From Selaginella moellendorffii (taxonomy: Eukaryota > Plantae > Lycopodiophyta): DNA of 64,000 bases. Below, piece after piece: positions 25,367-36,911 of this stretch (within the stretch, counting starts at the first letter, position 1; each line of letters opens with the position of its first letter). Both the position numbers and the translations under genes were made by a program. The notes under the pieces are model-generated. The model searched no databases, had not been told where the DNA came from, and saw only the letters and a program-made list of their open reading frames with translations. Location: NCBI RefSeq assembly GCF_000143415.4, contig NW_003314269.1, positions 2,721,060 to 2,785,059 of the forward strand. The letters run 5' to 3'.

Positions 25367-27148
25367 ATGATCTTGCCTCGATCGCTCCAGAACGAAATCT
25401 CGCGGGCCAGCTACCACCAACGGACATCCTTCGTCACGCTCCTTCGCCAGTGCGTCAGCTCCAAGAATCTCGGCCATGGCAGGCGCTTGCACGAGCAGAT
25501 CGTCGATGCTGGCTTCGGCAGCGACATCCTCCTCCAGAATCTCCTCATCCGGATGTATGGAAGCTGTGGATGCCTCGAGGAAGCCAAGGCGGTCTTCGAT
25601 TCGATCGGGCAGCGCGGCAATGCCTTCTCAGGCACCGCGATGATCTCCGCCTATGTGAATCACGGCAAGCTCCCCCAGGCGCGAGAGATCTTCGACACGA
25701 TGCGGCAACGAACCCCAGCTTCTTGGACCGCGATGATCACAGCCAACGCGCAGGACCGAAATATCGCCGAGGCCTCGAGCCTCTTCGACCAAATGCCGGA
25801 GAAAGACCTCGTCGCCTGGACTGCGATGCTCACGGCGCTAGCGGACAACGATCGCCTGCGCGACGCCAGGATCTTGTTCGATCTCCTGCCGGAGTGGGAC
25901 TCCGCGGCCTGGAACGTGATGATCGCGGCCTACGCCGCCGCCGAGGACCTAGAACAATCCCAGCTCCTCTTCGCGGCTCTGCCGAACAAGAATGTCATCT
26001 CCTGGACATCGATCATCGCGGCGCACGGCGCCTGTGGCGAGATCGATCGCGCGAGGGCGATATTTCGGAAGATCCCTGCGCGCACGGCCGTCTCCTGGAC
26101 CGTGATGATCACCGCATTAGCCAACCTAGGGCATTTGGACGAGGCGAGGTCCGTACTAGCGGCGATGGGCTACCCAGAAGTGCTGGCGTACAATCTCCTC
26201 CTCACGGCCCATCTCCGGTACGGCAGCCTCGAGCAAACTGAATCCCTCTTTAATGGAATGCTGGAGAGAGACGTGGTTACCTGGAACACGATGCTCGCGG
26301 CATATGCTCAGGCAGGGCATCTTGATCAAGCCCGGAGATTATTCCAACACATTCCCGCCAAGAACGTCGTCTCCTGGACCACGCTCCTCGTCGCGCTCTC
26401 GCATAGCGGCAACTTGGGCGGCTCCAAGGACCTCTTTGATCGAATGCCCTCGAGAGATCTCATCGGCTGGAGCGCAGTGATCGCGGTCTACTCCCAGAAC
26501 GCGCAGCTTGCCACCGCCCTGGAGCTCTTTCTCCAGATGCCCGACCACCGAGGAGTTCCCGCCTGGAACGTTATAATCTCCGGCCACGCCCAGAGCGGCC
26601 ACGCCAAGCTCGGCCTCGAGCTCTTCCACCGGATGCTCCTTCATGGCCTGGATCCAAACCGGATAACTCTCACCAGCGTTCTAGCTGCTTGCTGCCACAC
26701 TGGAAACTCGAAGAGCGTCCATGCCTTCTTCCTGTCCATGACCTCCGACTTTGACATCCTTCCAGTCTATGATCACTTCCTGTGCATGGCCAGCCATCTC
26801 GGACGATCCGGGCTTGTCACCCAGGCCGAGGAGCTGCTTTGCTCGATGCCGTTCGAGCCGGATGCCATCGGCTGGATCACGCTCCTGGATGCGTGCGTGC
26901 GTCACAAGGACGTGAAGCGCGGCGAGAGAGCTGCCGATGTCGCCACAAAACTAAGTCCCGGACGAACGGCACCTTACATCTTGCTCTCCAACTTGTATGC
27001 CGCGGTTGGAGACTGGGCCGGCGTTGCCAGAGTCCGGACGACGATGAAGGAGCTCGGAATCGGTACCCAAGATCCAAAACAAACTTCTTCTACCTCTTCT
27101 TCGTCCTCCATGGATTTCCTCCCCGATCGAGAACTTGTGTTGCACTGA
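25367..27148 (+). CDS. PLS-class PPR protein with E domain (no DYW), putative organellar RNA-editing factor
   Basis: Intronless 593 aa with tandem ~31-aa repeats (SWTAMITA, TWNTMLAAYAQAG) and E motif MPFEPDAIGWITLLDAC...YILLSNLYA. Confidence 0.93.
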   Translation: MILPRSLQNEISRASYHQRTSFVTLLRQCVSSKNLGHGRRLHEQIVDAGFGSDILLQNLLIRMYGSCGCLEEAKAVFDSIGQRGNAFSGTAMISAYVNHGKLPQAREIFDTMRQRTPASWTAMITANAQDRNIAEASSLFDQMPEKDLVAWTAMLTALADNDRLRDARILFDLLPEWDSAAWNVMIAAYAAAEDLEQSQLLFAALPNKNVISWTSIIAAHGACGEIDRARAIFRKIPARTAVSWTVMITALANLGHLDEARSVLAAMGYPEVLAYNLLLTAHLRYGSLEQTESLFNGMLERDVVTWNTMLAAYAQAGHLDQARRLFQHIPAKNVVSWTTLLVALSHSGNLGGSKDLFDRMPSRDLIGWSAVIAVYSQNAQLATALELFLQMPDHRGVPAWNVIISGHAQSGHAKLGLELFHRMLLHGLDPNRITLTSVLAACCHTGNSKSVHAFFLSMTSDFDILPVYDHFLCMASHLGRSGLVTQAEELLCSMPFEPDAIGWITLLDACVRHKDVKRGERAADVATKLSPGRTAPYILLSNLYAAVGDWAGVARVRTTMKELGIGTQDPKQTSSTSSSSSMDFLPDRELVLH

Positions 27149-28255
27149 AAGAACAGGATTGCTGGCTCCAGTGTTTCTCCTTCTACGTTCCCTGTCACAT
27201 TTGCCAGATGTTCCCAATGCATACTAGGACACAGGGTATGTTGATTTCTAATGGCTGAGAAGGTTCATTTGGTTCACTGATGTTCTTTCCAGCATGGTTT
27301 GGGCACTATTCTACACTGTAGATTTGTCTTTCACAGTACAAAATACAAAAAAAATTGTATAATTCTCATTTATTTCAAAATATTTGTAATTTATTTTCTA
27401 CCAATTTATTTGAATAGAAGGAAAATATTGGATAAGATCAATTTAATTTTAACAGATTAAATTTTTTTTGTGGGAAGATCTAAATTATTGGTTTAAGAAT
27501 CTAATAGTAAATGTTTAGTAAATTTTAAAGTGTAACCACTATTTTATTTAAGGATTAACATCTTTGATATAACTCATTTCTAAGTGTTTTCATTTTCATA
27601 CTGCTTTTGTCATTTTTTTAATAAAATTCAATTGTATCCTTATTTTATCTTATAAGTTTTATGAAATATATTTTAACATTCAAATTTGTTTCTGAAGAGT
27701 AATATTTTTATATTTCCATTTAAGTTTTTAATTTTAATTATAAAAATATAATATCTAACATAAACTTAAAAATAATTTTAATTTAATTAAGGTACTTATA
27801 AAGTTCTAAGTTTTAGAAAATAAAATTAATAATTTGTATTTTATTTATTTTTGTGATGTTGCAATTAAAAAAACTGTTTAACACTATAATCTAAATCAAT
27901 TAACTAATATATTCTAAAAATAGCATTAAAATTTTATATTGATTATTTTATTTTTTCATATTATAATAGTTCTAAGTGGATGAAAAGAGAGATTTCTATA
28001 TACACAATAAGATAATATATACAATTTAAGAATTAAAAAGTATAAATAAATTAACAAAATGGTTGGATTTTATTGAGTTCTTATTTATGCTATATATTAT
28101 TAATTATATTTTAATTTTAACAAATTTATAGAATTTAAATAAAGATTATCGTTTTTAGTTTTTAAATATGAAGATACATCCTTTATATATATGATGAAAA
28201 ACAAGTAAAATTTAGATTAAAATAAATTTTATTATATATATTACAATTTTTATGA

Positions 28256-30597
28256 TGTAAAGTTTGTAAATATATGTATGTATATTTATGTATTACCCTA
28301 GTTAAGTAATATATTAATTATAAAAATATAATATATGAACCGTCCATTTGAGACTAAATTTAGTCCATCCATTTTTGTATATAAAAAGGGGTCTTAACCC
28401 TAATTAATATACTTATATCCCAAGCACTTACATTGGTGGAGAAGAGAGGCACTGCAATTTATCCTTGAAAGGTAAAGCTTTTGGTAGTGCTTTGCTGTAG
28501 TGGTCAAAATTATGCTTTTTATTTTTATTTTTTCATTCTCTTTTATTTACATTTGTATTAACTTTTTTGCAAGATCTAAAACTCTAGCTATCATCATGTT
28601 TCTTTCTTTTGATCTTCATTACATTTTCTTCTTTTACCATGCCTCATTATCATTAATCAAAGAGTATATCACTTGAGGTTGTTAATACTACTCTAATAGA
28701 TCAAACTTTTTGGTGTTGTAATGTATGACTCTTTTGGTGTTGTGTCTGTCCTTGGTGTATTGGCATCTCCAACTTCCGTAGGACATTATTACACAGCTTG
28801 TCCTATTTTTGATATTTTACCATCTCCTATTGATGTGGAGTGTGATTATGATATTGATTGGCGAGCTATGAATGATGCCGTCCAATTCTTGGAGAATTAA
28901 GTTTATGGGAAGATGACATGTATGAGCTTGAGTGGATTCCAAAGTATAATGATGAGCTTGATTATTATAGAGATAACTTTAAAGATGAAATGGACATTTT
29001 GTAGAGTAGGTATTAATCTTTTAATCTACCATTTAATCCTTTTTTTTTACTCTTTTCTCTTTCCTAACTTTTTCTTATTTCTTGGCTTAAGCCAACTTCT
29101 CATTTCTTAATATTCCTTCCTCATTTGCAATATTTCATTTTCTTGGCATATCAATCATTTCTGACTTTTATGATTTTCATTCTCAGTCTAATGTTAAGTT
29201 GAGTGTTTTTTATCCTCCTCATATTAATTTAAATGTTAAATGTGTGCATAAAGTTGAGAATCTTATTTTTATTTTTTTAGCAAAGTTTTTTATCAGTTCT
29301 GGTGTTGAGTATTCCTCTGTTCCAAAGGTTAAATCACTTTGGCCAGAGTTTCAAATTAAATGCATATATTTAATTGTGAGTGCCATTGAGAGTTTTTGTA
29401 TTATCATTGTTATTGAAGAGTTTATGTGTTCCTTTGAAAGTGTAGACATTTCTATTAATTTCCCCATTTTAAGTGTTGAGTTGTGTGTTAAGGAAGTTGA
29501 GAAGTGTGAATATTTAACTTTTATTATAGTTGCCAAAATATTTTATGATAGGAAGTCCTTTATTTTCCAAACTTTGAACATATGTCCTTTTGATTTTTTA
29601 TTTTGCATTACTAGTTACTATAAATTCCTCTTTTAATGCTTTTTTATCCATTTTTTCTTCTTCCACAATAGTTTTTCCTCAATTTTTTTTATTTTCTCCC
29701 TTTTTCTTTGACATTTCAAAATATTTTTTCTATGGAGAAGGGGGTAAATGGGATGGATGGGAGTTTAGCTTTAATATGGAATGAGGACAAGTGCATATAG
29801 TGGTGAAGTGAGGACAAGTGATATAGATTGTGGAGTGAGGATAAGCATAATGAGTTCAAATAGAATATCCAACCCCAATATAAGGTAGCCAAACAAATGC
29901 AATAGTGAAGTGAGCCTAAACATAAATAACGGAGTGAGGACAAGTGTAATGAGTTTAAACAAAACTAGTGTTTAAAATTTTTTTTTTTCCTTCGAAGAAG
30001 GGATAATGAGAATGTTAAGGATAAATGGATTGAGTTCAACCTCTTATATGTGGTGTTAAACAAGGACAAAAGTCATAAGTCTAAGTTAACACAGGTTTTG
30101 GATGTTAATCGAATGCCATGAGTCTAAGTTAATGGTTGTTTTAGAGGATTATCAATGAGTAAACTTGAAAGCAAAATGTATTATTTGTTGCAATAGCATT
30201 TTATGGAATACAGTGGTTTTCAAAGTCTCTTATTTTAGTTCAAAGTTATAACTTCATGGTTGGTTTGAGCATTTAGCAGTTGCATATGGAGTTGCAATTA
30301 ATACATCAAGATTCTGTTGATGATCTTATAGAAGCTTTAGATTCTTATGGTAGTTTATAATCACCCAACAGAAGTTCTAAATGTTATATTTGACTTATTA
30401 CCATCTTTCAGAGGGGAGGATGGTGTAAGGTTTATAAATATATGTATGTATATACATATATTACCCTAACTAAGCAATAAACTAATTATAGTACTACAGT
30501 ATATAGACTGTCCATTTGGGACTAAATCTTATTTATCCATTCTTGTATATAAAGAGGGGTTTAAACCCCAATTAATATATCTATTCCTATACTCAAA
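28256..30597 (+). mobile_element. Non-autonomous short-LTR retroelement (~2.3 kb)
   Basis: LTRs 28256-28432 and 30424-30597, PBS TGGTGGAGA, PPT AGAGGGGAGGA, and 4-bp flanks ATGA/ATGA. No pol recognisable. Confidence 0.8.
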
Positions 30598-32192
30598 ATG
30601 AGATATTAAATGATAATATTATAATATTTTTTAAAAATCTCATATCTAAGAAATGATGAATAATATATTCATTTACTAAAACTTCAAAAGTTCTTATCTA
30701 GAATCATAATTAAGTACATAGATTTTTTAATAATTTTTATTTATCTTTTTAATATTTGAATATTTGGAATTTTAATAAGTTATTGAGATTCTTATGTGTT
30801 TTTTATAAAACAAAAATAATACTACTAAAGATATTATTTTAGCTAAATACTAAATCAACAAAGTAAAATACTATCTCTAGCCAATTTCTGGGATTGCAAG
30901 TGCCCGTGTAAAAAAATTAAAATAATTTAGTTCAGCTCTATAAAATCTTTAATTTTGTGCTAAGAACTCTATTGACTTAGACTCTTCAACATACTAATTT
31001 TTATATTATTATATTATAGTTAGATTCATAATTCTCAAATTGCTAAAAGATAATTTCCTTGCAAATCTAGAGAAGAAATTAACGATTGTAAACTTCAAAC
31101 TCATATAAATCCTAACATAATCCATATCAAGGTAAATTTTTATATTTTTATATTTACAGTTTTTATACTATATTAAAAAGTCTAAAAGTATAAAATTACA
31201 TAAAATTTTATAATTACTTATTCCCGCATACCTAGTCCCTTTTCTTTGTAGATAATATGTCTTTATATATTAATTTATATATTCTATTTATTTTTATTTT
31301 TGTGATATTTATTTTTAGATTTTAGTCATTTTTAATATGTAGTTCTACTTTGAGTATTAGAAAACTTTTTAGGCCTCCATAATAATTTTATTGATGTCAT
31401 ATTTTTTATTTGTAAATAGTTTTTTCCATCTATCTCAGAAATGTTTTCTCACAACTTTTTTTTCCAAGTTGATTGTTGAGCATGGCACTTCTAACTTTGT
31501 GTAACACTTCCTTGGCTAAGCCAAGCAAGTTCATCATCTGTTCCTAAGCAGCATTGCTATCTACAATGTCTACTTCTCATCTTTCAGAACTATGGACATG
31601 AACTTCAAGAAAGAATCCTTTCTCAGTCTTAAGCATCATGTTTTACCATCCCCTGAGAGCACCACCTGAACATCAAGATATTGGAAGGACGGCTAATATG
31701 CAATTTGAAAAAAATGGACCCAAGGGTGATGCGTCTTGGTAGGTATGGCCATCTCACACAGCATTGGTACTAAGCCTTCAGGAATGGAAGTTTGAATGAA
31801 TGTTTTATCATTCTATGAAAAAGTAAAATACCTTTTGAAGGTCGTCAAAGTTGAGGCATAGTTGTCACCCAGTGTGTTGTGGACGATCCCGGGTAAATTT
31901 TCTTAGGGACAAGATTACCTATTTATGAATCAAGGTTCTCTGAGCATAATTGAGGAACAGTTTTGTGGCACTTTGTGTGCAAGGGTAAGATCGATGCCTG
32001 AAGTGATTGTAAATGAGCTCAATCTCTTCAAATCTTGAGCTCTCACCTGTAACAAATGTGAAATGTTTTGAAGTTTGACTAATGCGCCATCGCAAAACTA
32101 GAGTCTTGGGCGTTGACTCTTGACTCTTGGTAAAAAAGGGAAGGCTGAGTGTAAGTTTTATAACGCTGTTGCGAAGTCTTCACAAGATGCCG

Positions 32193-33740
32193 TCACTGAT
32201 GAGATGAGCAAACTTTGCTGCGGGCATTGTGGATGATGCTGTAGAGCAACAAGTAGGATGCTGACTTGTGAGGCTCTAGCCCGACTGCTTGCTCGGCAGC
32301 TCGTTGTCCCCTCTTCAAGTCGGAGTTTGTCTTGCAAGCGTTTAGCAGCGCCTTCCAAGCCACTTCGTCCGGCTCGAACGGCATGGTTTTGATGAGATCC
32401 TCGGCCTCCTCGAGCCGCGCTGATCTCGAGAGGATGTCCGCAAAGATGTTGTAGTGGTCCTCGTTGGGAGCCAGGCCAAAGTCACCAGTGATCGACTTGA
32501 AGTGCTGGAAGCACTCCTCGAACTGGCCGGCATGGCTGCATGAGAAGAGAAGTCCAGTGAACGATGCGTGGTCGGGCTCTAGTCCCTCGAGAACCAGAGT
32601 CCTGAAAAGCTCCACGCCTTTCCTCCCGTCGCCCCGCTGTGAATACCCGAAGATCATCACGCTCCAGGTGATGAGATCTTTAAAGACCATCCGGCTAAAC
32701 AAGCTGTGAGCTTCGTCCACCCGTCCCTTCTGCGCGTATGCCGCGAGGAGAGCGTTCCAGGACGGAATGTCGTGCTCGGGCATCTTCGTGAAAATCTCGT
32801 CGGCTCGATGCAAGTCTCCCTTGTGCACAAAGGCCATGAACAAGGTCGTCCACAGCACCACATCCTTGACGGGAATCATCTTGAAAATATCCATAGCCTC
32901 CTCGCAATCTCCCTTCTGCGAATACCCCTCCAGGATAGCGTTCCAAGTCACCTCGCTCTTCTCCTCCATGCCATCAAGGATAAACCTCGCGGTCTCCATG
33001 TCCCCACGCTGGGCATAGGCTGTTACCATAACGTTGGTGGTCACCACATTCTTCTCCGCGACCCTGTCATAAAGCTCTTTCGCCTCCCGGAGATGCCCGG
33101 CTTGGGCATACCCCGTCACCATGACCGTCCACGAGATCACGTCGTGCACTGGCATCCTGTCTAGCATCTGGCGAGCTTCTTTCAGATGCCCGTTCCGGGA
33201 GAGAACGTCGATCATCGCGTTCCAGGACACCAAGTCGTGCTTTGGATCCCGATCAAACATCTCCCTGGCCTGCTCCAGATTCCCATTGCTGCCGTAAGCC
33301 CCCATGAGAGCTGTGCAAGCCACCGAGTCCACCACCTTCATCGAGTCGAAGATAGCTCTGGCCTCTTGCAGCTGCCTCTTCTGGGCGTATCCGCTGATGA
33401 GTATAACGCAAGCGACTGTCGTGAACCGAGGCAGCTTGTCGAACAAATGTCGAGCTCGCTGCGTTTCTCCGCATCTACAGAAGGCCTGGATTGTCCTGTT
33501 CCAGCAGCTGATGCTGCGACGAGAGGTCTTGCTGAAAACACTTGCTGCGTCGTCACTGCTCCCACACTTCCCATACATGGTGACCAAATGGTTCGCGAGA
33601 AACACGTCGTCCCCGAGCCCATCGTCTATAATCTGTGCGTGGAGGCGCTTGGCATCTGCGAGGTGCTTGCATTCTTGTACCAGCTTGGTGTAGTGCTCTC
33701 GGAGGTAACTCAGATGCAAATCTATAAGCCGCTTTCCCAT
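32193..33740 (-). CDS. PLS-class PPR protein with E domain
   Basis: Intronless 515 aa with short PPR repeats and MPFEPDEVAWKALLNAC...SYLLL. Confidence 0.93.
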   Translation of the reverse strand: MGKRLIDLHLSYLREHYTKLVQECKHLADAKRLHAQIIDDGLGDDVFLANHLVTMYGKCGSSDDAASVFSKTSRRSISCWNRTIQAFCRCGETQRARHLFDKLPRFTTVACVILISGYAQKRQLQEARAIFDSMKVVDSVACTALMGAYGSNGNLEQAREMFDRDPKHDLVSWNAMIDVLSRNGHLKEARQMLDRMPVHDVISWTVMVTGYAQAGHLREAKELYDRVAEKNVVTTNVMVTAYAQRGDMETARFILDGMEEKSEVTWNAILEGYSQKGDCEEAMDIFKMIPVKDVVLWTTLFMAFVHKGDLHRADEIFTKMPEHDIPSWNALLAAYAQKGRVDEAHSLFSRMVFKDLITWSVMIFGYSQRGDGRKGVELFRTLVLEGLEPDHASFTGLLFSCSHAGQFEECFQHFKSITGDFGLAPNEDHYNIFADILSRSARLEEAEDLIKTMPFEPDEVAWKALLNACKTNSDLKRGQRAAEQAVGLEPHKSASYLLLYSIIHNARSKVCSSHQ

Positions 33741-34097
33741 GCACGCAAAGAAGCTTTTCTTAGTGAAAAAATAAACAAAGAGAAATTGATCGAAATATTG
33801 AACAGCTAGCTTCGATAAAACTCAAACCAGACCTGGTTCCAAGCATGGGATACCTCTGTTTCACCAAAACATGAGAAAAGGAAAATCTTTGCTGGCTAAG
33901 GCAATGGCGTACCTCGTATGGAGCCACTTTTCTCAGCCTGCGGGGAGCAAAAGAAAAAGAAATCAAGTCTCCAGAGGAAGAAAAAAAACCCCAAGGATTT
34001 TTGGCCTTGAATCCAAAGAAAGTGAGAGAATAGATACCTTCGACTTCACAGGATTCGCCGAAAAAACAAATGCCCCGATGCCTTGAAAAGGAAAGAA

Positions 34098-34426
34098 TCA
34101 CGCGTTTGTCCAGTCCTTCACCACCAGGATCATTCTGCATCCATCGAAGAATCCAGCTTGCTCCAGCGACACTGGGCGATCCATCGTGAACACGCCCCCT
34201 AGTTCGCAAGAACCGAGATCGAGAGATTCAAGACGAGAGGAAAGAAGACACTACCCCTGAAAATCAGCTTCTGGAGACGCCGCGGCACGCCCGTGAGGGG
34301 ATGCAAGCGCTTCATGAGATCTAGAATGCTCCAGCTTTCCGGCAAGGCGAGGAAAATCATCCTCTTGTTGTGCTCCACGCCCAGTCGAATGATCCGCAGC
34401 CTCCCCTTGGCAGGCACCGCCGCCAT
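34098..34426 (-). CDS. Small stand-alone ubiquitin-like domain protein (~90 aa, 2 exons)
   Basis: Spliced product: MAAVPAKGRLRIIRLGVEHNKRMIFLALPESWSILDLMKRLHPLTGVPRRLQKLIFRG|GVFTMDRPVSLEQAGFFDGCRMILVVKDWTNA*. TGVP..QKLIF.G is the UBL signature. Confidence 0.75.
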
Positions 34427-34559
34427 CACGCCCCTCGGTCGTCACATCGCTTCATGAGTTTTAGATTTGCCCTAATTCATTATTTATTGACAGGTGTTTT
34501 GTATTAATGTTTGCATTTCGTATTTTCGCCATATTATACGGTTGTTCTTGTGTTATAAA

Positions 34560-35400
34560 AAGCCACACATTGTTACTTTTAACGTTTTGATTGTGTTAAT
34601 GCTACTCCAATCCTTAGTGTGTTGATGTTTATAAGATGCCATAATGTCTTTTGTTTTTAGTGTCTTACCATCTCTTGTTAATGTAGAGTATAATCATATC
34701 AATTGAAGAATAATGAACAATGTAATCTGATTCATAAAGGTATGGAATTAATGAAAAGATAATTCTTGTTATTGATTATTAAGTTTGATAGTTTTGATGA
34801 TATATCAAAGGATAAGTGTCAGTTATGTTATCTTTTTTCTTTTATTTTCTTCCTTTTCCCAACCTTTTTCATATTCTTGAATTTTAAGTTTTCCTTCATC
34901 ATTTGTAAAATTTATAATTTTTAGTCAGTTTTATTAATTTTTTTCCATAATCCAATATTGAGTTGATTGTTTCTTATCCTTCTAAAAATGATCTGAATCT
35001 TGAGAGTGTGTATATTCTTTCACTCTGATCAATGATGGTTTTAAATATTTCCACTAAAATGTTAAACCACTTTTGAGTGTTTTTCCTTAATTATGAGTGT
35101 TACTAAAAGTTTTTGCCTTATTATTAGTTCAATATTAAATGTGTGATGTTATGATGGTTAGAAGTGCAAATTAAGGAAGCTTACAAGATTGGTTATTGTG
35201 TTGATTTTTTTGTGAATGATAGTGATTTGCTATATTTAGGTTTTGAAGTCCTTCATTTTCAAGATTTCCAAGTTAGGTAAAGTTAATTTAGTTCATCATA
35301 AAATTGATGATAGTGTTATAGCTTGTGGTTTTCATATTATCATGTTTATTACACTATATAAGTCAATAATTCCATGGGAGTTTCACATTTTTATATGTAG
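34560..35400 (+). mobile_element. Degenerate relative of the internal region of the 28256-30597 element
   Basis: For example, 34665 TTACCATCTCTTGTTAATGTAGAGT aligns with 28817 TTACCATCTCCTATTGATGTGGAGT, and downstream blocks are colinear. Confidence 0.55.
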
Positions 35401-36911
35401 TAATGTGCAAAAAATTGGTATAACTCCAATCTTCATGAAACCTTTTTATTTATATCTAAGATAAGTTAAAAGCTAGCTTATAGTATGAATCTAATTATTT
35501 TATAAAAGGTAGAATAAATTAAGATTTTTTTATGATATTTTAATTTTTTTATTATATAGAAAATAAGGTAGGAAATAGGTAAGAAATGAATATTAAATAT
35601 AACCATAGAACAAGGGGATGATCATAAAGTATATGAACTTTCAATATTTGGATTAAGATGGTTATATATCATCTTTCCAATATACATATATTATAAAGAT
35701 GTAGAGTTTCATTGGTACTTCACCATATAAATTTTTATATAATTGTTATCTTATTTTACCAATAGAGTTGAGGTCAGAAGTTATCAATATTAAGGTCTAG
35801 AATTAATATTTGATGAAAATTTTTCCATTGGTTCAAGTAAAATTTGTTGAACATACAAGTAGAACAATAACAACACTATGACTTTCATCATCATCCATTA
35901 ATGGAGCACAACATGGAGTGTTGGTTTATTTTCAGCAGTTTGTTTAAAGAACTAATTATCCAAAAAAAGGACTATATTGAGTATTACAGAAAATTAGGTC
36001 GCAAGTTTATAGTATTTAGCATGACATTTAATAAGTTGATCCTCCAAAAATGTACATATACAACAATTGAAATGTTTCATATGAAGAAATAAAAAAACAA
36101 GTCCTATAATGTCTTCTTTTGATATTCTTCCAAATCTTGGCCTATTGACAAGAAAACTTTAACTACCTTCTATCCTTATAAGAAGAAATGATGATTTAAA
36201 GTCCATATGTATAATTATAATGCTATATACTATTATTAGTATAGTGAGATTTTGATAACCGTAAGTTTTGTGAGGGCCAAGTGTACGGCTACGATGCCGT
36301 ATACTAATATTAGCATAGTGGGATTTTGGTAGCCGTCGGATTGATTTCAATCCGGACCACTCGCTCCTGTATATAAGCTAGAGTTTTTAGGTTAATTGAT
36401 ATGCACATTTCTATATTCCCTTTCCATATTCCATGCACTCACATTGGTGGAAGTGAGGGGCACCTTTGATTATCCCTAGGGAGTGCTTAGATTTGGGATT
36501 TCGGTTTAGATCTAGCTTTTGCATCATCTAGATCTAGCTTTTTCCATTTCCTTTCTTTTGTTCTTTCCTTTCAGGATTTTGGTTTAGATCTAGCTTTTTT
36601 CATTGTCTAGATCTACCATTTCTTTCCGGCTTTTTGTCATTTATCTTCTTTTGCTTTTTCTTTTTCGTTCATTTTCATGGCCGATCCGCAATCTCCTTCT
36701 TTGACTCTAGAGCAGCAGTTGGTTCAATTGCTTGATGCTATGCGCTTGCAATTGAACAACCAAACTCAATTGATGGCGGCATTCACGGCACGTGGTCCAA
36801 CTCCTCCTACTCTTGGTGCCAATCCTTGCATTCGGCTGGAGTTCTTTCGTGGGAATCCTGAGGATGATGTGTACCATTGGTTCGATCACTTCACGGTGAT
36901 TGCCACATATC

